The position numbers were made by a program, and so were the translations under genes. Source: Vulcanimicrobiota bacterium (GTDB taxonomy: Bacteria; Vulcanimicrobiota; Vulcanimicrobiia; Vulcanimicrobiales; Vulcanimicrobiaceae). From it: DNA of 64,000 bases. The notes under the pieces were generated by a model. It saw nothing but the letters and a program-made list of their open reading frames with translations. It made no database searches and was not told the DNA's origin. Positions 27,587 to 38,151 of this stretch are shown here, piece by piece. Within the stretch, counting starts at the first letter, position 1, and each line of letters begins with the position of its first letter. The stretch lies in assembly GCA_963695225.1 (NCBI GenBank), contig OY968762.1, forward strand, positions 1,504,001 through 1,568,000, in the 5' to 3' direction.

Positions 27587-28072
27587 ATGAATAGTGGACC
27601 CACGTTGAGTCTCGGGGCGGCCGGTCAGGACGTCCGGCGCGTTCAGCGCATTCTGGTCATGATGAAGCTGCTCGGCCCGGCGGACATCGACGGCTCCTTC
27701 GGACCCGTTACGAAAGCGGCGGTCATCGCATTCCAAACGGGCCAGATGCTCGTCGCCGACGGGATCGTCGGCCCCGCGACGTGGAACTCGCTCCCGGCCG
27801 ATCCGAACACGCCGGAACTCGCGGCGGGATCGACGGGAGCGGTCGTCGCCGCTCTACAAAAGGCGCTCCTCAAATACGGCGGAGCCGGCTCGCCCACCGA
27901 TCCCGGCCCGACCGACGGCGATTTCGGCCCGCAGACGGATGCGGCGGTACGCGCCTACCAGACGCAGCGCGGCGTGACCGTGGACGGGATCGTCGGAGAC
28001 GAAACCTGGTGGGCCCCGGCCGGCGCGGCGGGCGCGACGCTCGCCTCCCTGGCCGGGCTGACGACGATCTAA
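27587..28072 (+). CDS. Peptidoglycan-binding domain protein (two PG_binding_1-like repeats)
   Basis: DGSFGPVTKAAVIAFQ...DGIVGPATW and DGDFGPQTDAAVRAYQ...DGIVGDETW; GAGG RBS. Confidence 0.88.
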   Translation: MNSGPTLSLGAAGQDVRRVQRILVMMKLLGPADIDGSFGPVTKAAVIAFQTGQMLVADGIVGPATWNSLPADPNTPELAAGSTGAVVAALQKALLKYGGAGSPTDPGPTDGDFGPQTDAAVRAYQTQRGVTVDGIVGDETWWAPAGAAGATLASLAGLTTI

Positions 28073-28090
28073 ACCGCTAGCGCAGCCGTG

Positions 28091-28486
28091 TCACGAGCGG
28101 ACGTCTGCCGGATTCCAGCGTTCGCTCGTGACGCCGGCCGCATACATGCGCTCGTACTCCACGCGGTTCGGAGAAAAGATGTCTAGAACCACGCACCGTT
28201 CCGTGAAGCGCGCGCCGTGCGGGATGCCACGGCGCACGACGTACGCGTCGCCCGGGCGCAGCGTCGTCTCTCCGCCGTCGGCATACCGCATGTGGATCGA
28301 ACCCTCGATCACGATCCCGCCCTGCGCGGGCTCGTGTTCGTGCATCGGAACGACGCCGCACTCGGGCGGTTGGAAAACCCAGTACACGAGCGTCATCCCG
28401 TCGCCGGGCAAAACCGCCCATGAAATCCCAGGAGAGAACGGCCGCAGCGCCGTCCCCGCAGGCAAAACCCCATGCGTCGCTTCCAT
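28091..28486 (-). CDS. Cupin domain protein
   Basis: HEHEPAQ...G and LRPGD...PHG cupin motifs; C-terminal DIFSPxR. Confidence 0.85.
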   Translation of the reverse strand: MEATHGVLPAGTALRPFSPGISWAVLPGDGMTLVYWVFQPPECGVVPMHEHEPAQGGIVIEGSIHMRYADGGETTLRPGDAYVVRRGIPHGARFTERCVVLDIFSPNRVEYERMYAAGVTSERWNPADVRS

Positions 28487-28513
28487 CCGTCCGCTCCTCT
28501 CTAGAGTGGCCCG

Positions 28514-29713
28514 CTAACCGGCCTCGACCGGGGCCGCGAGCAGGTCGGGCCGCACGTGCGTCCACGTGAGCAGCTCACGCGCCCGGGCCGCTCGCGTAAG
28601 CGCTTCCTCGAGCGTCGGCGCGTGGATCGTCAGGTGCCCCATCTTCCGGCGAGGCGGGGCGTGCTTCTTGCCGTAGAGATGCAGCTTCAGGCACGGATCG
28701 CGCAGCAATTCCGGAATGTGCTCGAGGTAGTTGCCCGTCCCTTGCCCGAGGATGTTGATCATCACCGAAGGTTCGAGCAGCCGCGATTCGATCAGCGGGA
28801 GATTGCAGATCGCGCGCACGTGCGCTTCGTACTGCGAGACGGTCATCGTATCGAGCGAGTAGTGGCCGCTGTTGTGGACGCGCGGGGCGATTTCGTTGAC
28901 GTAGATCTTCCCGTCGCGCACGAAGAACTCGACGCAATACGCGCCGATCAAACCGAGCTTTTCGCCGATGAGGAGCGTCGCGGCGCGCGCCTCGGCCGCG
29001 ATCTCCTCGCTGACGCGTGCGGGAACGATCGCCGTGACGAGGATCCCGTGATCGTGCGTGTTCTCGCTGATCGGGAAGACGATCTGCTCCCCGCCGGCGC
29101 CGCGGGCTGCGATCACCGAGATCTCGCAGTCGAACGGGACGAACGATTCCGCGAGGAGTTGCAGCGGGAACGGATGGACCGAAGCGGCAGCGCGCGCGAT
29201 CGCTTGCGCGAGCGCCGCTTCGCCTTCTTCGGGCGTGCGCACGATCCACTGGCTCTTGCCGTCGTACCCGCCGAACGCGGTCTTGAGAACGAGCGGCAAT
29301 CCGAGCCGTGCGTACGCCGCCTCCAAATCGTAGACGCCGCGAACGACGTGCAAACCCGCCGTGCGCAAGCCGATATCGTGTGCGAACGTCTTCTCGGTCC
29401 CGCGATTCTGCGTGATCCGCAACACTTCGCTGCTCGGCCGAACGACGTGACCTTCGCGCTCGAGAAAATGCACCGAATGGAGCGGGATGTTTTCGAATTC
29501 GTAGGTGACGACGTCGCTCTCTGCACCGAGTTCCGCGATCGCTTCCAAATCGTCGTAGGGCGCGACGATCTGCTTATCGGCGACTTGGCCGCACGGCGAA
29601 TCCGGGAGCGGTTCGAGCGTGACGACCCGAAAACCCATGCGCTTGGCTTCGAGGGTGAGCATCCGCCCGAGTTGGCCGCCTCCGAGGACGCCGATCGTTG
29701 CCGGGATGCTCAT
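28514..29713 (-). CDS. purK: N5-carboxyaminoimidazole ribonucleotide synthase
   Basis: [42 protein letters not shown]. Confidence 0.95.
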   Translation of the reverse strand: MSIPATIGVLGGGQLGRMLTLEAKRMGFRVVTLEPLPDSPCGQVADKQIVAPYDDLEAIAELGAESDVVTYEFENIPLHSVHFLEREGHVVRPSSEVLRITQNRGTEKTFAHDIGLRTAGLHVVRGVYDLEAAYARLGLPLVLKTAFGGYDGKSQWIVRTPEEGEAALAQAIARAAASVHPFPLQLLAESFVPFDCEISVIAARGAGGEQIVFPISENTHDHGILVTAIVPARVSEEIAAEARAATLLIGEKLGLIGAYCVEFFVRDGKIYVNEIAPRVHNSGHYSLDTMTVSQYEAHVRAICNLPLIESRLLEPSVMINILGQGTGNYLEHIPELLRDPCLKLHLYGKKHAPPRRKMGHLTIHAPTLEEALTRAARARELLTWTHVRPDLLAAPVEAG

Positions 29714-30189
29714 AGTTCGATCGCCTCGACTTTCGCGGTCTGGGCCGCAGCGTGCGCGTACAGGCGTTCCGCAAGCGGCGGATCTTCGAGTGCGAGGATG
29801 CGCGCCGCAAAGAGCGCCGCGTTCGTCGCGTTCCCGATCGCCATCGTCGCGACCGGAACGCCGGCCGGCATCTGCGCGATCGAGAGGAGGGAATCGAGCC
29901 CGTTCAAGTTCGACGAGCGGACGGGCACTCCGATCACCGGGAGCAGCGTCTTCGCAGCGGCCATCCCCGGAAGGTGTGCGGCGCCCCCCGCTCCGGCGAT
30001 GATCACGCGGATGCCGCGCCCGGCGGCTCCCTCCGCGTAGCGAAACAACAAATCTGGGGTGCGGTGCGCCGAAACGACGCGCATCTCGTGCGCGATGGCG
30101 AGTTCGGTCAGCGTCGTCGAGGCCGAGCGCATCGTTTCCAGATCGGAGAGACTGCCCATGATGATGCCGACGCGGGGTTGATCGCTCAT
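29710..30189 (-). CDS. purE: N5-CAIR mutase
   Basis: [42 protein letters not shown]. Confidence 0.96.
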   Translation of the reverse strand: MSDQPRVGIIMGSLSDLETMRSASTTLTELAIAHEMRVVSAHRTPDLLFRYAEGAAGRGIRVIIAGAGGAAHLPGMAAAKTLLPVIGVPVRSSNLNGLDSLLSIAQMPAGVPVATMAIGNATNAALFAARILALEDPPLAERLYAHAAAQTAKVEAIEL

Positions 30190-30261
30190 AGCCGGTTCGC
30201 TTCGCCCGGCTCGAAGGGGCGACCTCGATTCCACGGTAACTCGTCGCGTAGGAGGGTCGAG

Positions 30262-31572
30262 ATGGCAGGCGGGCGCGCGATGATCGTCACCGGTGCGTCG
30301 TCCGGGATCGGCCGGGCGCTTGCGGAACGAGCGGCCCGGGCCGCATACGGCGTCCTTGCGGTCGGCCGCCGGGCGGACCGGCTCGACGAACTCGTAAGGA
30401 ACGCCGCCGCGCACGGCGGGGTCGTGGTCCCGCTCGCGCTGGATCTGCGCGAACCCGGCGCACCGGAACGGATCGTCGCCGCGGCGGTGGAACGGTTCGG
30501 CCGCATCGACGTCCTCGTCAACAACGCCGGTGGAGCGAGCGCGGGGTCCCTCACGCTGCAATCCGACGGCGCACTCCGCGAGCAATTCGAAACGCACGTG
30601 TTCGTGCCGCTCGCGCTCTTGCGCGAGGCGCTCGATCCGCTCCGGGCGAGCCGCGGGCACGTCTTCTTCATCGGCTCCGGAGTCGCGCGCGTCCCGGTCT
30701 CGGGCCTCGGCGCGTATCCCAGCGCGAAGGCCGCCGTCCGCTCCCTCTCGCGCACCGTGCGCAACGAGCTGCGGAGCGAAGGCATCGCCGTTACGTACGT
30801 CGATCCGGGCGCCGTCGATACGGAGTTCATGGCGCGCGCCGGGATGGCGCCCGCGCCGCGCTCGATCCTCGTTTCGGCGCACGAGGTCGCCCGGAAGATC
30901 TTCAACGCGATCGGGACGGACCGGCGCGTCGTGAACGCCGTGCCTTGGCAGACGGCCTTCGTCGCGCTCGCCGAGCATTTCCCGCAGCTGACCGACTCGC
31001 TGCTCGCTCGAGCGCCGCAGCTCGTCGGCGGCGCCGCGCTCCCCGCGCGACCGCCGAGCCTCGCACCGCTTCCCGGCATTCCGCTCGAGAGCGCCGCTCC
31101 GCCGATTCCGGCTCAGAGCCCGCAGCCGCCGGCGCCGCCGGAAAGCCCGGCAAGCGTACCGCCCGAGGCAGCCGGCACGCCGGAGCCCCCCGATGAGCCG
31201 CCGCTGCCCCAAGCGCCCGGCGCGCCGCCGGAACCCGCCGAACCGGCGGAGCCCCCGCCTCCCGAAGGCGAGGCGTTCGCTCGGGGACGCGCGGCGCTCG
31301 CGCCGCCGCGCAGCGCGCTCGAGGTCGCGCTGGCGTTGCACGCCGCACGCATGCGCAAGCTGAATCTCACCCTCGATTTCGTCGTGAGCCTGCTGGTGCC
31401 GGGGGCGGAGCTCGAACTCGGCGAGGTCGCGATGCGTTGGGCCGGAATGCCGAACAAGAACGAACGCGCCGTGACGCTCGACGTCCTCAACGCGCTCGCC
31501 GACGCGCGTTTCCTTGCACGCGAAGGGACGCATCGCTATCGCGTCCTCCACCCGGCGGAAGCGACGCCCTAA
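30262..31572 (+). CDS. SDR oxidoreductase with Pro-rich linker and extra C-terminal domain
   Basis: [28 protein letters not shown]; then a long Pro/Glu linker and a roughly 80-aa globular tail. Confidence 0.85.
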   Translation: MAGGRAMIVTGASSGIGRALAERAARAAYGVLAVGRRADRLDELVRNAAAHGGVVVPLALDLREPGAPERIVAAAVERFGRIDVLVNNAGGASAGSLTLQSDGALREQFETHVFVPLALLREALDPLRASRGHVFFIGSGVARVPVSGLGAYPSAKAAVRSLSRTVRNELRSEGIAVTYVDPGAVDTEFMARAGMAPAPRSILVSAHEVARKIFNAIGTDRRVVNAVPWQTAFVALAEHFPQLTDSLLARAPQLVGGAALPARPPSLAPLPGIPLESAAPPIPAQSPQPPAPPESPASVPPEAAGTPEPPDEPPLPQAPGAPPEPAEPAEPPPPEGEAFARGRAALAPPRSALEVALALHAARMRKLNLTLDFVVSLLVPGAELELGEVAMRWAGMPNKNERAVTLDVLNALADARFLAREGTHRYRVLHPAEATP

Positions 31573-31597
31573 CGAACGCGTCGGCGCCGCGCGGCGC

Positions 31598-32380
31598 TCA
31601 CCAGTAGACGACGCCGCGCTTATCGGTCTTGTCGAACTTCGCGAAGACTTGCGGCGTGCTTGCGAAGAGATGCTCGAGATCGGCGATGCGCGCTTGGTCG
31701 AGCGGATGCGAGCGCAACCAGAGCGAGCCTTTGTCGCCGTAGACTTCCATCATCGTGCGGAAGAACCAAATCAATCCGTAGGGGTTCAGCACGTTCGTCG
31801 CGGCGGCGATGCGCGCGCCTTCTTCATCCGCCTGCGCTTCGATATGGCGCGAAACGTTGAGATCTTGCGCGGTCATCGCGGTATCGAGCGCATAGCTCGA
31901 GCCGATGGAAGCGATCGGTCCGAGAAAGATCTGCCCGAGGATTTCGCCGATCGTCCCGATCCCCCCGACGATGTTCTGATTCTTGATGCGCTTCGCCACG
32001 TGATGCAACACCATGTGCCCCGTCTCGTGCGCGAGCACGCCGCCGAGTTCGTCGCGATTTTTCGCCAGGCGCAGGAGCGGCTCGTTGACGTAGATGTACC
32101 CGCCGGGGACGGAAAACGCGTTGGCCGAGTCGCCCTTGACGATGTAGAAGCGAATCGGATACGGGTAGCGCGCGGTTACCGTCGTCGAAATGATGCGGCC
32201 GACTTCGTTGAGATGCTCGTAGTACGGCGAATCGAACAGGATTTCGCCGTCGTCTTGGAGCGTCAGGAAGACTTCCTTTCCGATCGCGCCTTCGTCGAGC
32301 GCGAGCGCGGCCGTCGCGTGCGTCAGCTGCGTGACGCCGACGGCGGCGATGAGGCTCAGGAAGAACGCGCGACGCTGCAT
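31598..32380 (-). CDS. M48 family metallopeptidase, Tat-exported
   Basis: RRAFF signal; [14 protein letters not shown] (HExxH), [11 protein letters not shown]. Confidence 0.9.
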   Translation of the reverse strand: MQRRAFFLSLIAAVGVTQLTHATAALALDEGAIGKEVFLTLQDDGEILFDSPYYEHLNEVGRIISTTVTARYPYPIRFYIVKGDSANAFSVPGGYIYVNEPLLRLAKNRDELGGVLAHETGHMVLHHVAKRIKNQNIVGGIGTIGEILGQIFLGPIASIGSSYALDTAMTAQDLNVSRHIEAQADEEGARIAAATNVLNPYGLIWFFRTMMEVYGDKGSLWLRSHPLDQARIADLEHLFASTPQVFAKFDKTDKRGVVYW

Positions 32381-32416
32381 GCAAGACCTCGGACGTTATT
32401 GTTCTAATGACGTTCC

Positions 32417-34279
32417 ATGCGTTCAGACGGTTGCCTATCCGCGCGCGCCGGCGCCGCGATTTCTGGGATAATCCTGGGAGCGCTTGCGCTTGCATGCTCG
32501 CCGGGAAGCGCGCACGCCGAGCGATGGATCCCGCCGCCCGCCCGGCTCGCCCTGCGACAAGCTCAGGGCGACGTCGCGGGGTTGGCGGAGGCGAACCGCA
32601 GCATCGCGCTCGTGATCGAACTCTCCCCGGCGACGCCGACGCTCGATGCCGACGCTGCGGCCGCCGCAGATCCGGCTTCGCCGCTGCACCATCTCCGCAT
32701 GACGCCCGCGCGATTCGCGCAACAATACGGGCGCGCGCCCTCCGAAATCGCGGCGCTCGCGGCGTGGCTCCGGAATGCGGGCGCGACGGCGGTCGAGACT
32801 TCTGCGAATCGCCTCGTCGTCGGCGCAACGATCGACGTCGCGCACGCGCAGCGCGCGTTCGGCACGCGCTTCGCGCGCTTCGGCGACGGCACTCGCACGC
32901 TCGTGGCGCCGCTCGGCCCCCTCTCGCTTCCCGACCTGCGCGTGCGCGCGGTGCGCGGCGTCATTCTCGGCGCGCCGCCGCGCTTGGCCGACGTGCCTCA
33001 TCTGCCGACGGATTTCCGCGGCGATTGGTTTCTCCCGGCGCGCTTTCGCGAAGCCTACGATGCGGTACCCGACGGAGGCGAGGGGCAACGCATCGCGGTG
33101 ATCGAGGATACCTCCGACCGTTTCGAGCGCGACGATCTCGCGCGCTTCGTGCGCGGCGATTTCGGGAAGGATGCCGTGCACCCCGAACCGCCCTCCGACG
33201 TCGGGCCGGCCTCGCCGTTCGCCGCGAATCTCGACCGTCTTACGAGTTCGCAAGCGCCGCCGGCGACCAGCGAGCAGAACTGCGGCCGGGAAGATCGCGG
33301 ACAAGAGCCGACGATCGATCTCGCCGCGATCCTGACGCTCGCGCCGAAGGCGACGATCGACGTGCGCGAGGAGGCGGTCTGCGTCCCGGGCGGGGAAGGC
33401 GTCATGGCGCTGCAACACGCGCTGGACGCAGCCGACGCACCGGACGTCATCGTCTTCCCGTTCGTCGTCGGCGCCTTGCACGAGGCGAGCGCGGCGGCTT
33501 ACGGGCCGGTGCCCATCCCCTACTTGGAAGCAGCGCTGCTCGGGATCCCGATCGTCGTGCCGAGCGGCGACGACGGCGCCTACGGCGTCCGCGAGCCCGG
33601 CGACGAGCGCGCGGGCGTCACCTACCCGTGCGCGCTGGCGTACGTGGTGTGCGCCGGGGGGACGTCGCTCGGGACGCGCTCGCGCGTCCTCGGCGAAGGC
33701 CCTTGGAATGACGGCACGCACGCCGGCGGGGGAGGCGTCTCGCTCGATCCGCGGCCGAGCTGGCAAGATCCGCCGAGTTCCTTCGAGTTCACGCCTGCCG
33801 TCTTGCAGAAGCGCATCGTCCCCGACGTCTCCGCGGACGCGGCAGGGCATCTGCTGATCGTGTGGCACGGGTACGCGACGGGCGGCGTCGGCGGAACGAG
33901 CGAGAGCGCGGCTCTCGTGGGCGCGAGCCTCGCCGCGGTCAACGCCGCGGTCCCCGCCGAACGGCGCATCCACTCGGCGGGCGATCTCTACGCCCTCGCG
34001 CGCTCGAGCCCCAAGGCGTTTCGCGACGTCTCGCGCGAAAACGATCGCTTCTATCTCGACAACACGCTCCGGCCTCGGCCGAAGGCGCTCCCGCTCGGGT
34101 ACCGCGGCATCCTGCCGACGCCGCCGCCGCTCGTGTACGGCTGCGCGGGGATCCAACCGAGCGGGTGCACCGTGATCCCCGGCTACGACGCGGTGACCGG
34201 GATCGGTTCGATCCTCCAGCAGGAGGCGATCGAAGCGCTCGCCGGCCCGGTGAAGTTGCGCCAGCAACAGCAGAAGTGA
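32417..34279 (+). CDS. S53 (sedolisin/kumamolisin) family serine protease with prodomain
   Basis: Prodomain 'MTPARFAQQYG'; EPTID, SGDDG, VPDVSADA, GGTSES, Ca-site GYDAVTGIGS. Confidence 0.85.
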   Translation: MRSDGCLSARAGAAISGIILGALALACSPGSAHAERWIPPPARLALRQAQGDVAGLAEANRSIALVIELSPATPTLDADAAAAADPASPLHHLRMTPARFAQQYGRAPSEIAALAAWLRNAGATAVETSANRLVVGATIDVAHAQRAFGTRFARFGDGTRTLVAPLGPLSLPDLRVRAVRGVILGAPPRLADVPHLPTDFRGDWFLPARFREAYDAVPDGGEGQRIAVIEDTSDRFERDDLARFVRGDFGKDAVHPEPPSDVGPASPFAANLDRLTSSQAPPATSEQNCGREDRGQEPTIDLAAILTLAPKATIDVREEAVCVPGGEGVMALQHALDAADAPDVIVFPFVVGALHEASAAAYGPVPIPYLEAALLGIPIVVPSGDDGAYGVREPGDERAGVTYPCALAYVVCAGGTSLGTRSRVLGEGPWNDGTHAGGGGVSLDPRPSWQDPPSSFEFTPAVLQKRIVPDVSADAAGHLLIVWHGYATGGVGGTSESAALVGASLAAVNAAVPAERRIHSAGDLYALARSSPKAFRDVSRENDRFYLDNTLRPRPKALPLGYRGILPTPPPLVYGCAGIQPSGCTVIPGYDAVTGIGSILQQEAIEALAGPVKLRQQQQK

Positions 34280-34292
34280 AGCGCGCGCGGCG

Positions 34293-35135
34293 CTAGCGGG
34301 AACTCGCCCCGCGCGTGCCGAGCCCGAAGCGGCGCCCGGCGAACATCGCGATGAAGAAGACGAGCGTCGCGAGCAGCACGATCGTCGCGCCGCTCGCCGC
34401 GTGCAGGTAATACGACGCGTACAAACCGAGGACGGCGCACGCCGCCCCTATCGCCGCGGAGAGCCAGAGCATGCGCGTGAAGCGGCGCGTGAGTTGCGCG
34501 GCCGCGGCCGGCGGCGTGACGAGGAGCGCCGCAACGAGGACGATGCCGACGGACTGAATCGAGATGACGATCGTCAGCGCGAGCAGGACGAGCAACGCGT
34601 AATCGACGAGCTCGGTGCGAATCCCGCTCGCCTGCGCGACGACGGGATCGAAGGACGTGTACAGCAGCGCGCGGTAGAGCAACACGAGCACAACGGTCAC
34701 GAGCAACGCGAGCACCAGCATCAAGGCGAGATCGCGCGCGTCGACCGCAAGGATGTTCCCGAACAAGAACCCCTGCAGATCGACGCTGTAGTTCGGTAAC
34801 CGGCTCATCAGAAAGACGCCGAGCGCGAACGCGCCGGTGAAGAGTACGCCGATCGCCGTATCGAGGGAAACGTTCCCGCGCCGGTTGACGTACCCGATCG
34901 CGAGCGCCGTTGCGATCGCGACAAACGCCGAGCCGACGAAATAGTCGAGCCCCCGCAGATAGGCGATGACGATCCCCGCAAACGAGGCGTGCGCGATGCC
35001 GTCCCCGATGAACGAAAGCTTCCGTAGAACCACGTACGTGCCGATCGTCGAGCAGAGCGTCCCGACGACGAGCGCGGCGAGAAACGCGCGCTGCATGAAC
35101 GGATACTGGAACGGAGCGGTCAGCGCGTCGATCAC
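34293..35135 (-). CDS. Zn/Mn ABC transporter permease (ZnuB-like)
   Basis: FMQRAF, GDGIAHASFAG, FLFGNIL, VGIVLVAALLVTP. Confidence 0.9.
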   Translation of the reverse strand: MIDALTAPFQYPFMQRAFLAALVVGTLCSTIGTYVVLRKLSFIGDGIAHASFAGIVIAYLRGLDYFVGSAFVAIATALAIGYVNRRGNVSLDTAIGVLFTGAFALGVFLMSRLPNYSVDLQGFLFGNILAVDARDLALMLVLALLVTVVLVLLYRALLYTSFDPVVAQASGIRTELVDYALLVLLALTIVISIQSVGIVLVAALLVTPPAAAAQLTRRFTRMLWLSAAIGAACAVLGLYASYYLHAASGATIVLLATLVFFIAMFAGRRFGLGTRGASSR

Positions 35136-35896
35136 CGGAGCGTGCCGGTGGAGGGCTCGTGCCGCGCGTGGCCGTGCGTGTGCGTGTGCTCGCGGATCCC
35201 CGCGTACGTGCCTGCGGCAAGGACGTCGGCCGGGTCGCCGAATGCGAGGACGCGCCGGTCGACGACCATCAACTGATCGAACCACTCGGGCGCCTCGTCG
35301 AGATCGTGCGTCGTCATCATGACCGGCAAACCCGCCGCGACGCGGCCGCGCACGACCAGGCGCAACGCCTCGATCGTGGGCGCGTCGACGCCGGTCGTCG
35401 GCTCGTCGAGCAAGAGCAGGCGGGGCTCTTGCGCCAGCGCGCGCGCCACGAAGACGCGGTGCTGCTGTCCGCCCGAGAGCTGCGAGATGTGGCGGTCGCG
35501 CAAGGCCCCGAGATTGAGCGCGTCGAGCGCGTCGGCGACGACCGTACGGTCACGCTTGGAGAAGCGCGCGAGCGAAGAGACGCGCGGATAGCGCCCCATC
35601 GCGACGACGTCGCCGACGGAAACGGGAAACGTCCAATCGACCGCTTCGATCTGCGGCACGTACGCGATCGCGCCCGGCTCGAGATCGCGCGGGGAACGCC
35701 CGAAGACCGAAACCTTCCCGGCGGAGGGATCGAGCAACCCGGCGATCGTCTTCAGCAGCGTCGATTTCCCCGATCCGTTCGGCCCGACGATCCCGAGCGC
35801 TTCTCCCTCCCGAAGCACGAACGTCACGCCGTCGAGCGCCGTCACGCGATCGTAGCAAACGACGAGGTCCGAGGCGTCGACGACGACGGCGCTCAC
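35132..35896 (-). CDS. Zn/Mn ABC transporter ATPase (ZnuC-like)
   Basis: GPNGSGKST, YVPQ, LSGGQ, LLLDEPTTGVD, His-rich tail HTHTHGH. Confidence 0.92.
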   Translation of the reverse strand: MSAVVVDASDLVVCYDRVTALDGVTFVLREGEALGIVGPNGSGKSTLLKTIAGLLDPSAGKVSVFGRSPRDLEPGAIAYVPQIEAVDWTFPVSVGDVVAMGRYPRVSSLARFSKRDRTVVADALDALNLGALRDRHISQLSGGQQHRVFVARALAQEPRLLLLDEPTTGVDAPTIEALRLVVRGRVAAGLPVMMTTHDLDEAPEWFDQLMVVDRRVLAFGDPADVLAAGTYAGIREHTHTHGHARHEPSTGTLR

Positions 35897-36813
35897 TTCC
35901 ACCCTCCCGCCGGCGGCTTGCCGCCGAGCGCGCGAACGATCGTCTCCGTATCGAAACGCAACATGCTCGTATAATCGCTCGCGCGCGGGTCGTTTCCGAT
36001 CGAATCGTCGTAAAGCGTCGCGACGGTGCCGATCTGCGCGCTGTCGGCGAGCGCATGGGCGAGCTTGGGGCTGTACTCCGGCTCCGCGAAGACGGCGCGC
36101 ACGTGCAGGCTGCGCGCCAGCGTGACGAGATCGGCGAGGTCGCGCGGGTTCGGCTCTTGCCCCGGGCTGCGCTCGATCGCGCCGACCATGCGCAAACCGA
36201 AACGCGCGTCGAAGTAATCCCACGCGCTGTGGAAGACGATCATCGTGCGCTGCTCCGGCGGAATCGTCGCGATCCGCGCGGCGATCTCCCGTTCGAGCGC
36301 GCGCAATCGGGCGTCGTACGCGCTCGCGTTCCTCTCGTAGTCGGCGCGGTGGGGCGGGTCGCGCTCGATGAGGGCGTCGCGAATCTTCCGCACGTAGTCG
36401 CGCGCGAACTCGGGATCGAGCCACAAGTGGGGGTTGCCGTTGCGCAGCGGGAGGCCGTCGGAGCAAGTGACGATGCGCAGGCGCGCGTTGCGCGCGTTCT
36501 CGATCGTGCGCGCGAGCCAGCCCTCGAGCCCCGCCCCGTTCTGCACGAGGATGTCCGCATCGTGGATTCGCGCGACGTCGCCGGGCGTCGGCTGGTAATC
36601 TTCCGGCCCCGCGCCGATCGGAACGAGACTCTCGACGCGCACGCGCGCTCCGCCGACTCCGGTGACGAACGAATTGAACGTCGAGATCGTCGTGAGGACG
36701 CGCAACGGCGGCGCATCCGCGGCGCGGCCGATCGCGGGCATCGCGAGCGCGAGCACGAGCGCGAGCAGCCCGGCTGCGGGCACGGGAAGGAGCGCCGCAC
36801 GCCTCAGCGGCAT
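35893..36813 (-). CDS. Zn/Mn ABC transporter substrate-binding protein (ZnuA/TroA-like)
   Basis: Signal peptide; NGAGLEGW, NPHLWLDP, FHSAWDYF, FAEPE. Confidence 0.9.
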   Translation of the reverse strand: MPLRRAALLPVPAAGLLALVLALAMPAIGRAADAPPLRVLTTISTFNSFVTGVGGARVRVESLVPIGAGPEDYQPTPGDVARIHDADILVQNGAGLEGWLARTIENARNARLRIVTCSDGLPLRNGNPHLWLDPEFARDYVRKIRDALIERDPPHRADYERNASAYDARLRALEREIAARIATIPPEQRTMIVFHSAWDYFDARFGLRMVGAIERSPGQEPNPRDLADLVTLARSLHVRAVFAEPEYSPKLAHALADSAQIGTVATLYDDSIGNDPRASDYTSMLRFDTETIVRALGGKPPAGGWK

Positions 36814-37229
36814 CGCACGCACCGCCCGTAGAATTCGATCGAATGTTCGTCGAGCTCGAAAGCATGATGCTCGCGCAGGACTTCGGCGAAGCGCTCCATC
36901 GCCGCGCAATCGACTTCCTCCACGACGCCGCACCGCCGGCAGACGGCGTGATGGTGGTGCTCCCCCGTGCACGCGACGTAGCTCTGCTCGCCGTCCGCCT
37001 CGGTGCGTCGCGAGGCGACGCCGCGGGAGACGAGCAGATCCAGCGCGCGATAGACGGTCGAGAGCGCGACCCCGTTACCGCTCGTCTCGAGCAGGCGCGC
37101 GATCGTCGCCGCGGTCAAGTAGCGGCGCTCCCGGCGCAGCAAGTCGACGATGCGCGCCCGGCTCCTCGTCGAATACCGCCGCTCCTCGCCCGTGCCGCGA
37201 ATCGCTCTCGATTCCGCTCCCATATCCAC
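36804..37229 (-). CDS. Fur-family regulator, probably Zur
   Basis: STVYRALDLL, HHHHAVCRRCG, C-terminal CVRC; heads a metal ABC operon. Confidence 0.88.
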   Translation of the reverse strand: MDMGAESRAIRGTGEERRYSTRSRARIVDLLRRERRYLTAATIARLLETSGNGVALSTVYRALDLLVSRGVASRRTEADGEQSYVACTGEHHHHAVCRRCGVVEEVDCAAMERFAEVLREHHAFELDEHSIEFYGRCVRCR

Positions 37230-37241
37230 CTTCTACCCGCA

Positions 37242-37266
37242 TAATTCGCAAATCATTCGCAGATTA
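37242..37266. promoter_or_regulatory. Putative Fur/Zur box
   Basis: AT-rich imperfect palindrome TAATTCGCAAATCATTCGCAGATTA just upstream of the Fur-family gene. Confidence 0.55.
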
Positions 37267-37378
37267 CTCCGCAGGCGAGCCCGGCTCCCTTCCCGCGAGC
37301 ACGCCGCCGGGGCGCGCGGTTCTCCCAGGAAGCGCGCGAGCGAGGCTTTCGCGACTGTTCGGGCGTAACCGCACAGCC

Positions 37379-38143
37379 ATGAAGTTTGCACGCCTCGGCG
37401 GTGTTGCCGCGCTCGCAGCACTCGTCGCGCTGACGCTCGTAGTCACGAACCACCCGGCCAGGGGTTCCGACGATCGCGCCTCGGTCGCAACGATCGCCCG
37501 GCCCGGCGCCGACATAGCGGATACCTATCTCTTCCCGAGCCCCTCGAACCCGAACAACGTGGTCGCCGTCATGACGGTGAACCCCGGGATCGCCGCCGGC
37601 GCGGGGAGCACGACGTTCTTCGATCCGACGGTGCTCTACCAAATGAAGTTCGACACGAACTACGGGAGCGAAGCGGCGGGAACGGCGCCCACGGAGACCG
37701 TCGTGATCCAGTTCTCGTTCGAGGCGGCGTCGAACGGATCGCAGCAGGTGAACGTCTACGGCCCGAGCGCCCCGACGACGACGGGTTCGGGGAACAAGCT
37801 CGTTACGGCGACCGGCACCGGCCTCGTCGGCCGCTCGTTCGGGGTCGGCGTCACGACGATCTTTGCGGGGCCTCGCGAGGACCCGTTCTTCTTCGACGAA
37901 GCGCAGTTTTATAAGATATTTCCCGACCGCAACGCCGGTTCGACCGTGCAGAGCTGTTTGCAGGCCGGCGGAACGGGGACGTGTCCGCAAGGCTTCAACA
38001 ATCCGGGGACGGACACGTTCGCCGGCACGAACGTGCTCGCGATCGTCGCCGAGATCCCGAAGACGGCCCTTGTGCCGACGAACTCCACGACGCCGGGACG
38101 GATCGCCTTCTGGGCGACGACCAGCAGCGTGACCGGGCAGTGA
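37379..38143 (+). CDS. DUF4331-like secreted protein (N-terminal-type half)
   Basis: Signal peptide; ADIADTYLF, FAGPREDPFFFD, DTFAGTNVLAIVAEIP, FWATTS. Confidence 0.8.
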   Translation: MKFARLGGVAALAALVALTLVVTNHPARGSDDRASVATIARPGADIADTYLFPSPSNPNNVVAVMTVNPGIAAGAGSTTFFDPTVLYQMKFDTNYGSEAAGTAPTETVVIQFSFEAASNGSQQVNVYGPSAPTTTGSGNKLVTATGTGLVGRSFGVGVTTIFAGPREDPFFFDEAQFYKIFPDRNAGSTVQSCLQAGGTGTCPQGFNNPGTDTFAGTNVLAIVAEIPKTALVPTNSTTPGRIAFWATTSSVTGQ

Positions 38144-38151
38144 GGACGAGC

